Of a DNA stretch of 64,000 nucleotides, positions 1-10,524 are shown piece after piece. The notes beneath the pieces were generated by a model. It was not told the origin of the DNA, ran no database searches, and saw only the letters and a list, made by a program, of their open reading frames with translations. Position 1 is the first letter of the stretch. Every line of letters starts with the position of its first letter. Location: positions 224,001 to 288,000 of the forward strand of contig CAVXEP010000019.1 of assembly GCA_963760795.1 (NCBI GenBank), read 5' to 3'. Position numbers and translations under genes: made by a program. Source of the DNA: an uncultured delta proteobacterium. GTDB lineage: Bacteria; Desulfobacterota; Binatia; UBA9968.

Positions 1-861
1 ATGCCCTCGGGCCCAGCGTGAAGTTGTGTGATCCGCTTCGGGTTCAGTCTTGTCTGTGAAGAAGCGCACGGTCGTGACGTTCCACTTTTGATTAAAATGC
101 TGCACTGTCCTCAGGTTCCAAGCTTCACTCCAGCGCAACATAAAATAGGCTAGATCCGACTCTTCACAAGCAGGCGGCGGAATGTAGCTGGTGACCGCCG
201 TCGGCTCGATGTATACCGCTCCTCCGGCCTTTTGCACTTCCAAACACAGGTCAATGTGCTCTTGGTGGCTCAATAACTTTTCATCCAGCGGGCCGAGTTT
301 CGCGAATACGTCCGTGCGCACCAACATGCAATGGAATTCTGCGTAGTCCCAAACGCTTCTTTGAAGCGGCACTTCTAGGTTAGCCATGGGAGTATCGAAA
401 CGATATTGCTCGTCGTAAAGCACTCGGTGCCCTTGTTGCTCCGTGAATTTTAAAATTCCGCCAGCCATGTGGATCTTCTGGCGCTCGATCTCGCCAAAAA
501 GATAAAGCGGGCCGACCACCCATGCTCCGGTTTCTTCGGCGCATTGCACTAAAGCCTCGAGCCAACCGCGTGTGACTAGCGCATCATTGTCCAAGAAGAC
601 GAGGTATTCGGTGCTGACCTCTCTCAAGCCGAGATTTCGCGCTTGGTTAGGCGATAAAAACCGGTCCGAGTGAATAAGCGTGAAGCCCTTTGATTCCGCC
701 TGGGCCGCGATCCGATGGTACATAGGTTTCGGCGTGCCGGCGCTGACATAAATCAGTTTGAAGGGAAGTGTCGTTTCCTGGTAGACGGTTTCGAGGGTGC
801 GCTCACTATGGCTGAAACGCTCCCGCGGTACGATCACGATGGTGACTTGTGGCTCTGACAT
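1..861 (-). CDS. Glycosyltransferase family 2 protein (3' end runs off the window)
   Basis: Not in the ORF track. Manual translation from ATG at 861 gives MSEPQVTIVIVPRERFSHSERTL...NQARNLGLREVSTEYLVFLDNDA (GT-A DxD motif) and ...FAKLGPLDEKLLSHQEHIDLC; the frame stays open to position 1. Confidence 0.85.
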   Translation of the reverse strand, partial: MSEPQVTIVIVPRERFSHSERTLETVYQETTLPFKLIYVSAGTPKPMYHRIAAQAESKGFTLIHSDRFLSPNQARNLGLREVSTEYLVFLDNDALVTRGWLEALVQCAEETGAWVVGPLYLFGEIERQKIHMAGGILKFTEQQGHRVLYDEQYRFDTPMANLEVPLQRSVWDYAEFHCMLVRTDVFAKLGPLDEKLLSHQEHIDLCLEVQKAGGAVYIEPTAVTSYIPPPACEESDLAYFMLRWSEAWNLRTVQHFNQKWNVTTVRFFTDKTEPEADHTTSRWARGH

Positions 862-1264
862 AATAAAAGACTCAGTTATCGGCCGATCCCGTTACAGCTC
901 ATTCCGAGCGTCTTCCATCCTTTTACAGAATCTGACCGGCGGAATTTCGGTCCTGACTTGTTTGTCCTGTCGGTTGCGGTTTCTGCTTTTTTACAACACC
1001 AGCATTATCATACATTATCCACGGTTCAGCCAACAGCCGATACGTTATCGGCAGTCGATGGAGCTTCGGCGGTGGCGGGCTCAGACTTTATATTCTTGAC
1101 AGACTAAACCAAATCGCCGGCCTGCCGGTCGGAAAAGCATGACGCTGACGAAATCATCGTCGAAACCTCTCGATCCAAACAGCTCGCGACGTCTTTAAAG
1201 CTCATAGATGAAATCCAGGGTGTTGTTCGCTCATCGGTGGCCGCTGGCACAACCCGAAAATCGA

Positions 1265-2287
1265 TTAAGCTAATTGATTCTCGGTTTTTCCCAAGCCAAA
1301 AGTCTCCGCCAGCAGTTCGTAGGAACGGTGGCGCGGAGCGGGATCGTAAGTCCATGTGACCACGACCAGTTCGTCGAGGTCGAGACTTTTCGCGAGTTCT
1401 TTCAGTCGAGTGGTGACCTGTTCTGAAGATCCGACAATCGCCTTGCGATGTAACTTTTCCGCGATCGCCAATTCGGCGGGCGAATACGGGCGATTTGCTT
1501 CCTCCGGCGACATCAGCGGCTGGCGGATGCCAAGTTTGCGGTCGATCATGGCGCGTTCGCGGGATTTGAACTGGAACAGTGCCTCCTCCTCGGTATCGGC
1601 GGCCAGCGCCCAGACGCAAATCGTGCAGATCGGCTTGGGATTGTTTTCGCTGGAGCGATAATTCTTGCGGTAAAGATCCAGCGCCTGCTCGACGCCAAAG
1701 CCGTCGCTGAAGAAGTAGGCGAAGGCGTAGGGTAAACCAAAATAGGCGGCAAGTTGCGCGCCGTAGTCTGAGCTGCCGAGAATCCACATCTCCGGCGTGG
1801 TCGGTCCCGTCGGTTGGGCGACGATTCTCTGAAACGGATGACCTTCGGGCAGGGGTTTCCCGGACACCCAGTGTTGCAGCTCCTGGACTTGCCGGGGAAA
1901 TTGATCATGGACATTCTGCGGGTGCGGATTGAGAGCGTGGGATGTCAATTGATCCGATCCGGGTGCGCGGCCGACACCCAGGTCGATACGGCCCGGCGCA
2001 ATGGCGTCCAGGACGCGGAACTGCTCTGCAACTTTCAGCGCCGCATAGTGCGGCAGCATCACGCCGGCGCTGCCGATACGGATACGCGGCGTGGTGGCGG
2101 CGATCGCCGCCATGAGTATCTCGGGGGCGGTGCCGACGATATTACCGGAGTTGTGATGCTCCGAGACCCAGTAGCGATGGTAACCCAGCGCGTCGCAATG
2201 TCTCGCGAGATCCAGGGTCTCACGGATCGCATTGCCCTGCGCTCGGCCCTTGGCCGCGGTCGATTGATCGAGTACTGACAGCTTCAT
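1265..2287 (-). CDS. LLM class (luciferase-like) flavin-dependent oxidoreductase
   Basis: MKLSVLDQS start, RYWVSEHH, RIRIGSAGVMLPHY, GRIDLGVGRAPG, WILGSSDYGAQLAA motifs. Confidence 0.92.
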   Translation of the reverse strand: MKLSVLDQSTAAKGRAQGNAIRETLDLARHCDALGYHRYWVSEHHNSGNIVGTAPEILMAAIAATTPRIRIGSAGVMLPHYAALKVAEQFRVLDAIAPGRIDLGVGRAPGSDQLTSHALNPHPQNVHDQFPRQVQELQHWVSGKPLPEGHPFQRIVAQPTGPTTPEMWILGSSDYGAQLAAYFGLPYAFAYFFSDGFGVEQALDLYRKNYRSSENNPKPICTICVWALAADTEEEALFQFKSRERAMIDRKLGIRQPLMSPEEANRPYSPAELAIAEKLHRKAIVGSSEQVTTRLKELAKSLDLDELVVVTWTYDPAPRHRSYELLAETFGLGKTENQLA

Positions 2288-2380
2288 GGATGACCTGCTT
2301 GTCGGGCACAGTTTATTGTGAATTTGTTGGGAAGAGCATTCATCACGAATGATACTGTGCGGCAAGCCCGCAACCAAACA

Positions 2381-2494
2381 CCGGAATATCTCGCGCCAAG
2401 CTCGCAAAGACCGCCAAGTTATGAGATCAAATCTCCTTGGGGCCTGGGGTTGGGAGGCCTTTGCGTGCTTGGTGCACTTGGCGTGAGAAATTCC
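2381..2494. repeat. Intergenic mirrored repeat with ~9-nt period (CGCCAAG/CGCAAAG units)
   Basis: Left arm GGAATATCTCGCGCCAAGCTCGCAAAGACCGCCAAG is imperfectly complementary to right arm CTTTGCGTGCTTGGTGCACTTGGCGTGAGAAATTCC. Confidence 0.6.
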
Positions 2495-2498
2495 TCTG

Positions 2499-3413
2499 TT
2501 AGCCGAGCCGATCGCCGATGTTTAATCCCGCCTGTTTGGCAAATTCCGCGCCGCTGACTTTGGCGCCTGTGCCGCGAGCTTTCTTTATCGTCAGCGCGCC
2601 GCCATTCAGCGCGACGGTAATTCCTTCTCCACCGATGGCTGTCACTTGTCCAGCGGCCGCTGAATTCGGCCCGGCTTGCAGCCTAGCATCGAAGATGCGC
2701 ACCATCTTGCCTTGCCAATTCGTGTGCGCGCCGGGTTGGGGGTCGCAGCCGCGGATTAGGTTGTAGACTTCCTGCGCCGGTTTGGACCAGTCGATCTTGG
2801 CATGAGCGTCGTCGCAGATGGGGTCGTAATTGGCCTTGGATTCGTCTTGAACGATGCGCGGCGGGTTGCCGGCTTTGATGAGATCCACCGCTTCGCCGAT
2901 CGCTTCGATGCCCAGGGGAAATATTTTGTTGAAGTACAACGATCCGGTGGTGTCGTCCGGCTCGACCTTGACTTCTTTTTGCAACAGGATCGGCCCGGTA
3001 TCGATGCCTTTGTCGACCCAAAATAGCGAAAGTCCGGTGACCGATTCGCCTTTGATCAAGGCCCAGTTGATGGCGCTGGCGCCGCGATACTTGGGCAAAA
3101 GCGACGGATGAAAGCAGATGCTGCCGAGTTTTGGCACGCTGAAAACTTGCTGCGGGACGATCTGGGTGACGAAAGCGAGGATCGCTAGATCGGCGTTCAA
3201 CGCGACGAATTCGTCGCACACTTCCGGCGCTTTGAACGATTTAGGCTGTCGCACCTCGATGTGGAGATCGATGGCTTTCTGTTTTACCGGGTCGAATTTG
3301 CCGTTGGGCGGATCGGGCGGGCAATAGACCGCGACCACTTTCTCGCCTTTGCCAAGGAGTTTTTCCAGAGTCTTTTCGGCAAACGCCGCTTGTCCGATCA
3401 ATATTATTCGCAT
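2499..3413 (-). CDS. Formyltransferase-family protein (Fmt-like; resembles the 10-formyl-THF hydrolase domain)
   Basis: FHPSLLPKYRGASAINWAL, FWVDKGIDTGPILLQ, and a C-terminal Fmt_C-like IDWSKPAQEVYNLIRGCDPQPGA. Confidence 0.85.
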   Translation of the reverse strand: MRIILIGQAAFAEKTLEKLLGKGEKVVAVYCPPDPPNGKFDPVKQKAIDLHIEVRQPKSFKAPEVCDEFVALNADLAILAFVTQIVPQQVFSVPKLGSICFHPSLLPKYRGASAINWALIKGESVTGLSLFWVDKGIDTGPILLQKEVKVEPDDTTGSLYFNKIFPLGIEAIGEAVDLIKAGNPPRIVQDESKANYDPICDDAHAKIDWSKPAQEVYNLIRGCDPQPGAHTNWQGKMVRIFDARLQAGPNSAAAGQVTAIGGEGITVALNGGALTIKKARGTGAKVSGAEFAKQAGLNIGDRLG

Positions 3414-3478
3414 TTGGTGAAACTCCGATACAGTAGAGCTAGCGCGTTACGAAGACGAGCCACGATCGCGATTTCTCG

Positions 3479-4006
3479 TTAGCCGATGATTTTAAAGTCG
3501 CCGCCCTTGTAGCTCCGGCATAGATTGACGTAGGTGGTTGAGCCCATCTTGATCCAGTGCAGCGCTTCGCCGGTAATTTCCTTCTTGACCTTGGCGGGCG
3601 CGCCGGCAGCGAGCACTCGAGGCGGGATGATCGTGTGCGGCGTTACCACGCTGCCGGCGCCGATCAGGGCTTCTTCGCCGATCTCGACATGTTCGAGCAG
3701 GGTGACGTTCATGCCGATGATCGCGCCGCGCTTGACCAGCGGACCTTCCATGATTGCGCCGTGGCCGATGGTGCAATCTTCTTCGATGATCGTCGGCGCT
3801 TCGCCGGAATGAATCACGCAGTTGTCTTGCACGCTGGTGCGGGCGCCGATGACGATGGGATTGGCGTTTTGATCCGAGCGCAAGACCGCGCCCCACCAGA
3901 TGCTCGCTTCGTCGCCGATGGTTACATCGCCGATGATCACTGCGGTGGGCGCGATGAACGCCGTGGGAGATACATGCGGTCGTTTGCCTTTGTATTCGAT
4001 GATCAT
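3479..4006 (-). CDS. Gamma carbonic anhydrase family protein (hexapeptide repeat, YrdA/PaaY-like)
   Basis: AFIAPTAVIIGDVTIG, SVQDNCVIH, TIGHGA, GAPAKVKK. Confidence 0.9.
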   Translation of the reverse strand: MIIEYKGKRPHVSPTAFIAPTAVIIGDVTIGDEASIWWGAVLRSDQNANPIVIGARTSVQDNCVIHSGEAPTIIEEDCTIGHGAIMEGPLVKRGAIIGMNVTLLEHVEIGEEALIGAGSVVTPHTIIPPRVLAAGAPAKVKKEITGEALHWIKMGSTTYVNLCRSYKGGDFKIIG

Positions 4007-4138
4007 GAAGAGCGATACCTCCGTGGATAAGTTTCACGATATTGGACGCTGCCCGGGGAAATCAAGATTGTTGGTGCAATGTCGCGAGTGTGGATTGACT
4101 CGATTGGTAAAATTGTTAATGCTTTGCCAACTTTGAAG

Positions 4139-4183
4139 ACCCTCAACCTAGCCCTTGCCCGCATGCCCGGGCGAGGGGAAAGG
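4139..4183. repeat. REP-like palindrome (CCCTCAnCCTAGCCCT...GGGnGAGGG type)
   Basis: Stem CCCTTGCCCG/CGGGCGAGGG in intergenic DNA; single copy in the window. Confidence 0.45.
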
Positions 4184-4217
4184 ATTAGCAGAGCGGTCGA
4201 TACCTATTGGAGGTTAG

Positions 4218-5291
4218 ATGGTGAAATATTTTCGTTGTCATTGCGATTTCACTTTGGTCACTCATCGGTGCAGTGGACGTCTCGCTCGCGCAGACCCGCG
4301 AGGCGACTCTCGCGGCGCTGGGAAAACTTCCCAGCCGCCGAGCGCCAGGCGCGTTTGGTCGAGGGGGCGAAGAAGGAGAATGGGCTGGTTTGGTACTCGA
4401 GCACGACGGCGGAAGACGCGCTGGCGCTGAGCAAGAAATTCAATGAGCAGCATCCGGCCATCAAGATCAATCATTTCCGCTCGTCCAGTGAGAAGTTACT
4501 CGAGCGGATTCTCGCCGAGTCCCGCGCCAATGCGTTCAAAGCCGACATCGTAACTCTACCCGAGTTGGAACTGTCGCTGATGATCAAGCGTAAACTATTA
4601 CTGCGCTACGAAGCCGTAGAGAATTCTTTCTATCCCGCCGAGACCAAGGATCCGCGCGGCTTTTGGACCGGGCTCTACACTTCGGCGTGGGTGCCTGGCT
4701 ACAACACCAAGCAGGTGGCCAAGGATCAGGCGCCGCGGACTTACAAAGATCTGCTCAACCCCAGGTGGAAGGGCAACATGGCGATGGATAACGAGCCTTT
4801 CAACTGGTACGTGATCTCGCTCAATTACTTGGAAAAACGCGACGGCAAGGAGGCCGCGGCCAACTACATGAAGCAACTGGCGGCGCAGCAGATGCAGTGG
4901 CGCAAAGGCCATTCGTCTGATCGGCCAGTTGATGGCGGCGGGCGAGTTTCCCCTCGCCGCCGAGCTGCAAGTGCACACGGTGGAGCGCGCCAAAGCGACC
5001 GGCGCGCCGGTCGAATGGTCGGTGCTCGACGGCGTGATTCCGATTTCGAAAGTCGGCGCGGCGGTCACCAGTACCGGCAACAGTATTTACACTTCGGCGC
5101 TGTTTTTTGATTTTCTCTTGTCCCGCGGCGGCATGGAGACGATCCGCGCGAGCCGGCGGATCCCGACGCGTCCGGATGTCACAGCGCCGTACTTAAAGCC
5201 GTACAAACTCATCCCATTCGAGCCCCAGGCGATCGACGACTTCGACAAATACGTGACACTGTTCCGCGATACCTTCAAGCCGGGAAACTAA
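4218..5291 (+). CDS. Extracellular solute-binding protein (AfuA/iron-type ABC), frameshifted
   Basis: RLVEGAKKENGLVWYSS, YNTKQV..APRTYKDLLNPRWKG in ORF 4079-5110; the C-terminus MMAAGEF...LFFDFLLSRGG is in ORF 4929-5291. Signal peptide reads in a third frame. Shifts at about 4233, 4333 and 4920. Confidence 0.75.
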
Positions 5292-5464
5292 AAATAATGG
5301 ATACTGGAGAATGCAAAACTGACAACGCCGGTCGGAGTTAATTGCGTGAGTAGCTTTTGGCGTTGAGCTGGTCTAATTCTTTTTCTACGGCGTGGCGCGG
5401 GTAGAAAGCGTTTCGTTGCTGTGGTTAACTATTGCGCCGCTCTGCATTTTGCCGCCACCGACCC

Positions 5465-6888
5465 GTGATTTCACCGTCATCGACTCATAACAGCGACACC
5501 ATTCGCCGTCTGGTTCTGATCAATTCCATCTTGGGCGTGACCATCGCGGGAGTTTCCGCGCGGGTCTTCATGATCTCGGTGCCGACGTTGGCAACGGCGC
5601 TCAATACCGACATGTTGGGGATTTCCTGGGCGCTGATTGTCTATCAAATGGCCGGTATCGGCCTGGGCGTGATCTGCGGCCGGCTGGGAGATATTCACGG
5701 CCACCACAAGACCTACGGGTCGGTATGTGGGTGATGGCGGTGGCTTCACTGCTCTGCGGCTTTTCACAAAATATCTGGCAGTTGATTCTGTTCCGCTTTC
5801 TCCAGGGTATCGGCGGCGCGATAATTCAATCTTCCGGACGGACGCTGGCTTTTAAAGCGATGCCCGCCGGCTCCGAAGGAAAAGCCCAAGGGTTAATGGC
5901 GATGTCCCATCAATTGGGCTTCTTTATCGGCCCACCTATCGGCGGGCTGATCATCGATCTGGTGCATTGGCGCGGGGTTTTTTTTCTACTGTTTGTCCCG
6001 AGTCTGGCGGGCGCGGCTTTGTGCCTGGTGACGGGGCGCGCCGCGGCCGCCGAACCGGCGCGCCAGCAGGCGATCGATTACCGCGGCGCCTTGCTGCTCT
6101 TCGCCTTGACGGTACTCGCGACCTTGTTGCTCGATCAGAAAGTCGCCCAGGCGGTGGGCGCCGGCAGCGAGCTGTTGTTGGGCTCGGTATTTCTCGCCGC
6201 GCTGTGGCTTTTTCTCGGCCACGAAAAGCGCGCGCCAAGTCCGCTGATCAATCTGTCGATGTTCTCGGTTAAAGTGTTCGGCTATGGTTCGGTGGGGCTG
6301 TTGTTCTGCAATATCAACCAGGGCCTCTCGACCTTCATCACGCCGTTTTACCTACAGCAGGTGCTCAACTTATCGCCGACGTTCATGGGGGCGATTTTTC
6401 TCGTGCCGTCGTTGTTGAGCATGGTACTGTCGCCGGTGAGCGGTGCTCTGACCGACCGCATTGGTCCACGCTTGCTGTTGATTGTCGGCGCGCTGGTGCT
6501 GATGGCGAGCTTTATCATCGGCGCCTACCTGCGCAGCGATTCCCACTGGCTGCTGCCGACGATTTTATTAGCTCTTACCGGTATCGGTTCGGCGTTTTTC
6601 AATACGGCATCGCAGGCGGCGATGATCCGCGCCTTGCCCAAGGAAAATTGGGGTACGGCGATCGGCATCATCAACGGGGTTTTCGGTCTCGGCCATATGC
6701 TCGGCATTTCCTTGAGCGGCATCTTCTTGACCCTGGCGTTTCGCTACTACACCGGCGACGCCGCCGCGACGCCCGACCCAGCGAATAGCACTTTGTTCGT
6801 TGCGGCGATGAATTTGACCTACCTCTTTGCTTTGGCACTCGCCGTCATCCCGTTGTTTACCTCGACTAAGATTAAGCGCAGTGAATAG
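5465..6888 (+). CDS. MFS transporter (DHA2/EmrB-like), frameshifted near 5725
   Basis: GRLGDIHG motif A in ORF 5432-5734 continues as LILFRFLQGIGGA...GPPIGGLI...WRGVF in ORF 5725-6888. Confidence 0.82.
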
Positions 6889-7024
6889 CGTGGAGCCGGC
6901 GCGATAGCAAAACGTCTATACGCGCAGTGCGATCGCAGCTGACGAGAGTTAGGACGTGGGCAAGCGTCTTTGCGCCTTTGCGGGAGAAAAATCCGTATCC
7001 GAAAGTCTTCGACTCCCAACAAAG

Positions 7025-7234
7025 CTATAACACCTGAAACCCTGCCTTCAGCACGGCGCGTAGGAAGTCGTCGATATGCGATAGGGCAGGGTCGAATTCG
7101 AGTACGGCGACGCTGCGCTCCAGGCTGAAATCGATCTTGCCGACGCCGGGCACGGCTTGAAACGCTGCGCGCAGGGTCGGGAGATTTTCAGCGGTGAGAT
7201 TGCCGATGGAGAGGATCGCGGTTTTTGTGCTCAT
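7025..7234 (-). CDS. Small HMA/ferredoxin-fold-like protein lacking CxxC
   Basis: 69 aa; VPGVGKIDFSLERSVAVLEFDP...AVLKAGFQV matches the HMA pattern, but there is no Cys. Confidence 0.65.
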   Translation of the reverse strand: MSTKTAILSIGNLTAENLPTLRAAFQAVPGVGKIDFSLERSVAVLEFDPALSHIDDFLRAVLKAGFQVL

Positions 7235-7487
7235 CGGATTTTTCTTGTCGAGACTTTGACAAATCCGATCTGATTGCGCAATCGACGCGCTAGTCGCCCT
7301 CGTGTTTCGCTGCTAAAACCCGCGCGGACAAAGTCTGGACCGCGCATGTTTTGAAAGCCATCAGTTCGCATAATCGTTTTTTGTCGCGTCGTCGATGGTT
7401 TGTTGCGGTTAGGTTGGCGAGCCTGTATAGCTCGCTCTACGGCATTGGTCCTGCAAATAATATTCACCGTCGATTTCGCTCCACAAC

Positions 7488-8366
7488 ATGAGTTCCATTC
7501 CCGCTGAGTTCTACGCCCTCGCCAACGCTTTCCTGTTCGCGGTGCACAATATCTTTATGAAAAAGGCGTTGCGCCATTCGAACCCGGCCACAGGCGTGAT
7601 CAGCACTTTGTTGATCAATATCGTGTTTCTCTGGACCATTGCGCTCTTGTTTGTGCCGATGGCCAACGTGACGCTGGCGTCGCTGCTGATTTTCGTCGGC
7701 GTGGGTTTCTTTCAACCCGGCCTAACCCGCTTGCTCACTTACAAAGGCATCGATGCTTTGGGTGTGGCGATCACCGATCCGATCCGCGCCAGCACGCCGC
7801 TGTTTAGCGCGGCCATGGCGATCGTCTTTCTCGGCGAGGAGATCACCTTGCCGATCATTGTCGCGACACTCATGATCATCGGCGGCATCACGCTGTTGTC
7901 GTGGCGCCACGGGGCGATGAAGCTCGCCGGCTCGGCGGTCTATCTCTGGTTTCCCATTGCCGCCTCGGTGCTCGCGGGTGCGTCTCAGGTGGTGCGCAAG
8001 TTCGGCATGGCCGCCGTGCCCCATCCATTTCTCGCCGCCGCGGTGACCGCGACTTCGTCATTGATCATTTCGGTGCTGGTGATGTGGTACGTCGAAAAGA
8101 CGCAAGAGACCTGGAAAATGAATCGCCAGTGCGTCTGGTGGTTTCTCGCCGCCGGCATCACCGTCAGCTTCGCCATGACGTCGATCTACCACGCTTTGGA
8201 TCTCGGCAAAGTCTCGGTGGTGATTCCCTTGAGCAGCACCGCGCCGTTGTTTTCGCTGATCCTCACCGCGCTGTTCCTGCGCGGCGTCGAACGGGTGACG
8301 CCACGCATCGTTGTTAGCACGGTGCTGATCGTCAGCGGTGTCGCGCTGATCACGTGGTGGAAGTAG
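7488..8366 (+). CDS. DMT/EamA family transporter
   Basis: 292 aa, about 10 hydrophobic segments, duplicated halves (PLFSAAMAIVFLGE; PLFSLILTALFLRGVE). Confidence 0.88.
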   Translation: MSSIPAEFYALANAFLFAVHNIFMKKALRHSNPATGVISTLLINIVFLWTIALLFVPMANVTLASLLIFVGVGFFQPGLTRLLTYKGIDALGVAITDPIRASTPLFSAAMAIVFLGEEITLPIIVATLMIIGGITLLSWRHGAMKLAGSAVYLWFPIAASVLAGASQVVRKFGMAAVPHPFLAAAVTATSSLIISVLVMWYVEKTQETWKMNRQCVWWFLAAGITVSFAMTSIYHALDLGKVSVVIPLSSTAPLFSLILTALFLRGVERVTPRIVVSTVLIVSGVALITWWK

Positions 8367-8379
8367 GGAAGAAGACATT

Positions 8380-8399
8380 TAGCCGCAAAGAACGCAAAG
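8380..8399 (+). repeat. Dispersed 20-nt repeat TAGCCGCAAAGAACGCAAAG, copy 1
   Basis: Identical to 31174-31193; both copies are intergenic, just downstream of a stop codon. Confidence 0.75.
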
Positions 8400-8470
8400 G
8401 GTACAAAATAAACGGATGATCAGGACTCTGAACTTCGTGGTGAAACCTTCTTTCCCGCGAATCAGCTCGA

Positions 8471-9124
8471 TCAATTTAGACGGGACAGATAGTGGGCGAG
8501 GTCTTGAAAGTCGGCGTCGGTGAGCGGATGGAGCGCGTCGGCCATGGACGGGTCGTAGGCGCGCCGGCTATTGTTCTTGTACTCGCGTAGGGCTTTAAGC
8601 AAGTAATCTTCTCGTTGGCCGGCCAGACGCGGCGCGTTGTCCTCACCGGAAAAATCTGGCTTATGACAGAAGTTGCAACGATGTTGCTGGATCAAGGCGC
8701 GGGCCTTTTCGGCGCGGGCGGGATCGAGCGCATTCGAGCTAGCTATCGGCGCAGGCAGTTTGGCGATCATCGCCGCGGCGCGGCGCAGCTCGTCGTCGCT
8801 CCAGCCTTGCATCATACCGGTCATGGGCTCGAGGTTACGCATTTTTTCCCGGAACATCAGCAGCTGGACGGAAAGAAAAAAAACCGGTTGGGCGCCAAGG
8901 GACGGCACTTCGGGGATGAGCGACTGGCCATTTTCGCCATGGCAGGCGAGGCAAGGCGCGAGCCGTTCGTCGACGGTCGCTGCAGGTGCCGTGACCGCCG
9001 CGACGAGTAGAAGAAACGCCGCGGCCAGAGCGCGAACGATATTGGCTTGCAATGGAGATTGGCCAGCGTGGAGCCGCCGCGGTGGTGACGCCGCGGCGGG
9101 CCGTGAGTTCTTAACGACTGGCAA
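8471..9124 (-). CDS. Di-haem cytochrome c4-type protein (start uncertain, possibly ~9052)
   Basis: Two haem motifs CLACH and CNFCH, PRLAGQREDYL, and a signal-peptide-like segment. Confidence 0.9.
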   Translation of the reverse strand: MPVVKNSRPAAASPPRRLHAGQSPLQANIVRALAAAFLLLVAAVTAPAATVDERLAPCLACHGENGQSLIPEVPSLGAQPVFFLSVQLLMFREKMRNLEPMTGMMQGWSDDELRRAAAMIAKLPAPIASSNALDPARAEKARALIQQHRCNFCHKPDFSGEDNAPRLAGQREDYLLKALREYKNNSRRAYDPSMADALHPLTDADFQDLAHYLSRLN

Positions 9125-10370
9125 GCTGCGGGCTGTAGGTGACGCGGTAAATCGCGCCGGCGAAATCGTCGGAGATCAACATCGAACCGTCTTTCATGAC
9201 GTGGACGTCGACCGGCCGGCCCCAGTATTCGTTGTTGTTAAGAAAGCCTGTGATAAATGGCTGCACGGATTTTACCGTGCCGTCGACGTTCAACTTCGCG
9301 ACAACGATATCGCCGCCGATTTTCTTGGTGCGGTTCCACGAGCCATGGCGGGCGATGAAGAGGGCGTTGCGGTATTCGCGGGGAAACATGGTGCCGGTGT
9401 AGAAGCGCAGGCCGAGGGCGGCGCTGTGCGGCCCCATCAACGCCACCGGCGGGGTGAATTCGTCGCAGGAGCGGCCCCAGCCCATCTCGCGGTCGGTGAA
9501 GTTGCCTTGGTGACAGTAGGGAAAGCCGAAGTGCTGGCCGACTTTGGTGACGCGATTCAATTCATCTTCCGGCAAATCTTCCGACAGCCAGTCGCGGCCG
9601 TTATCGGTGAAGTAGAAATCTTTGGTGATCGGATGCCAGTCGAAGCCGACGGAGTTGCGCACGCCGCGGGCGAACACTTCTGCGCCGCTGCCGTCAAGAT
9701 TGATGCGGCGGATCTGGGCATTTTCCGCGGGCGGTTCGCAGATATTACACGGCGCGCCGACGTTTATGTAGAGCTTGTTGTCCGGACCAATGGCGATGAA
9801 CTTCCAACCATGGGACTGGTGATTGGGCAGGTCGCTGTAGATGACCACCGGCTTGCCGGGATTGTCGAGGTTGTCTTCGATTTTCTCCAGCTTGGAAATT
9901 TTCGTGCCCTCGCCGATGTAGAGCGTGCCGTTGTGATAGGCGAGGCCGTTGGGGCGGTCCAGGCCGGAGGCGATGACCTTGGCTTCGCGCTTGCCGCTGC
10001 GCTCGACGACGGCGTAGACTTTGTCAAGTTGGCGGTTGCTGACGAACACCGTGCCTTTATCGCCGATGCGCAACGAGCGGGCATTGGCGATGCCGCTGAT
10101 GTAAACCTCGAGCTTGAAGCCCTTGGGCATCTTCAGCTGGCCGATCTGTAATTTCTCCGCCGGTGTGGCAAACGGCGGCTGCGGTACACCGCGCAAAGTT
10201 TTCGCGACCTCCGCATTGGGAATGTCTGGACGGCCGGGCACCGTCGTCGGCGCCGGCTGAACATTGGGCGCAGGTTTTTCTTGGGACAGTGAGATTGCCG
10301 GCGCACCCATCGACAAAACGCCGAGGATGGCGGCGACGGTCGTCCGCAACAAGTTCGGGAATGAGGTCAT
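9111..10370 (-). CDS. PQQ-dependent sugar/sorbosone dehydrogenase family protein
   Basis: GPDNKLYINVGAPCNIC, GVRNSVGFDWHP, TDNGRD, FGFPYCH, HGSWNR, GRPVDV; SD GAGGAGG before the ATG at 10370. Confidence 0.9.
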   Translation of the reverse strand: MTSFPNLLRTTVAAILGVLSMGAPAISLSQEKPAPNVQPAPTTVPGRPDIPNAEVAKTLRGVPQPPFATPAEKLQIGQLKMPKGFKLEVYISGIANARSLRIGDKGTVFVSNRQLDKVYAVVERSGKREAKVIASGLDRPNGLAYHNGTLYIGEGTKISKLEKIEDNLDNPGKPVVIYSDLPNHQSHGWKFIAIGPDNKLYINVGAPCNICEPPAENAQIRRINLDGSGAEVFARGVRNSVGFDWHPITKDFYFTDNGRDWLSEDLPEDELNRVTKVGQHFGFPYCHQGNFTDREMGWGRSCDEFTPPVALMGPHSAALGLRFYTGTMFPREYRNALFIARHGSWNRTKKIGGDIVVAKLNVDGTVKSVQPFITGFLNNNEYWGRPVDVHVMKDGSMLISDDFAGAIYRVTYSPQLASR

Positions 10371-10524
10371 GGCGTGCCTCCTCAATAATGTTTTTGTTTT
10401 TGTCGAGAACGAGGTGCGACAAGAAAATAGGCATTTCGCCGCAACATTGCAAGTAGAAATTTTTACATCCTTCCGTGCGGCGGCGGGCAGTTCGGTCCCG
10501 CACGGCTAGATAGCAAACGGATGT

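Noticed and set aside
797-1099. 100-aa plus-strand ORF
   Set aside because: Overlaps the start and upstream region of the GT2 gene on the opposite strand; no protein-like features.
8673-10151. 492-aa plus-strand ORF and other long antisense ORFs (e.g. 27423-28409, 47643-48437)
   Set aside because: Shadow frames opposite well-supported genes in GC-rich DNA, with no motifs.
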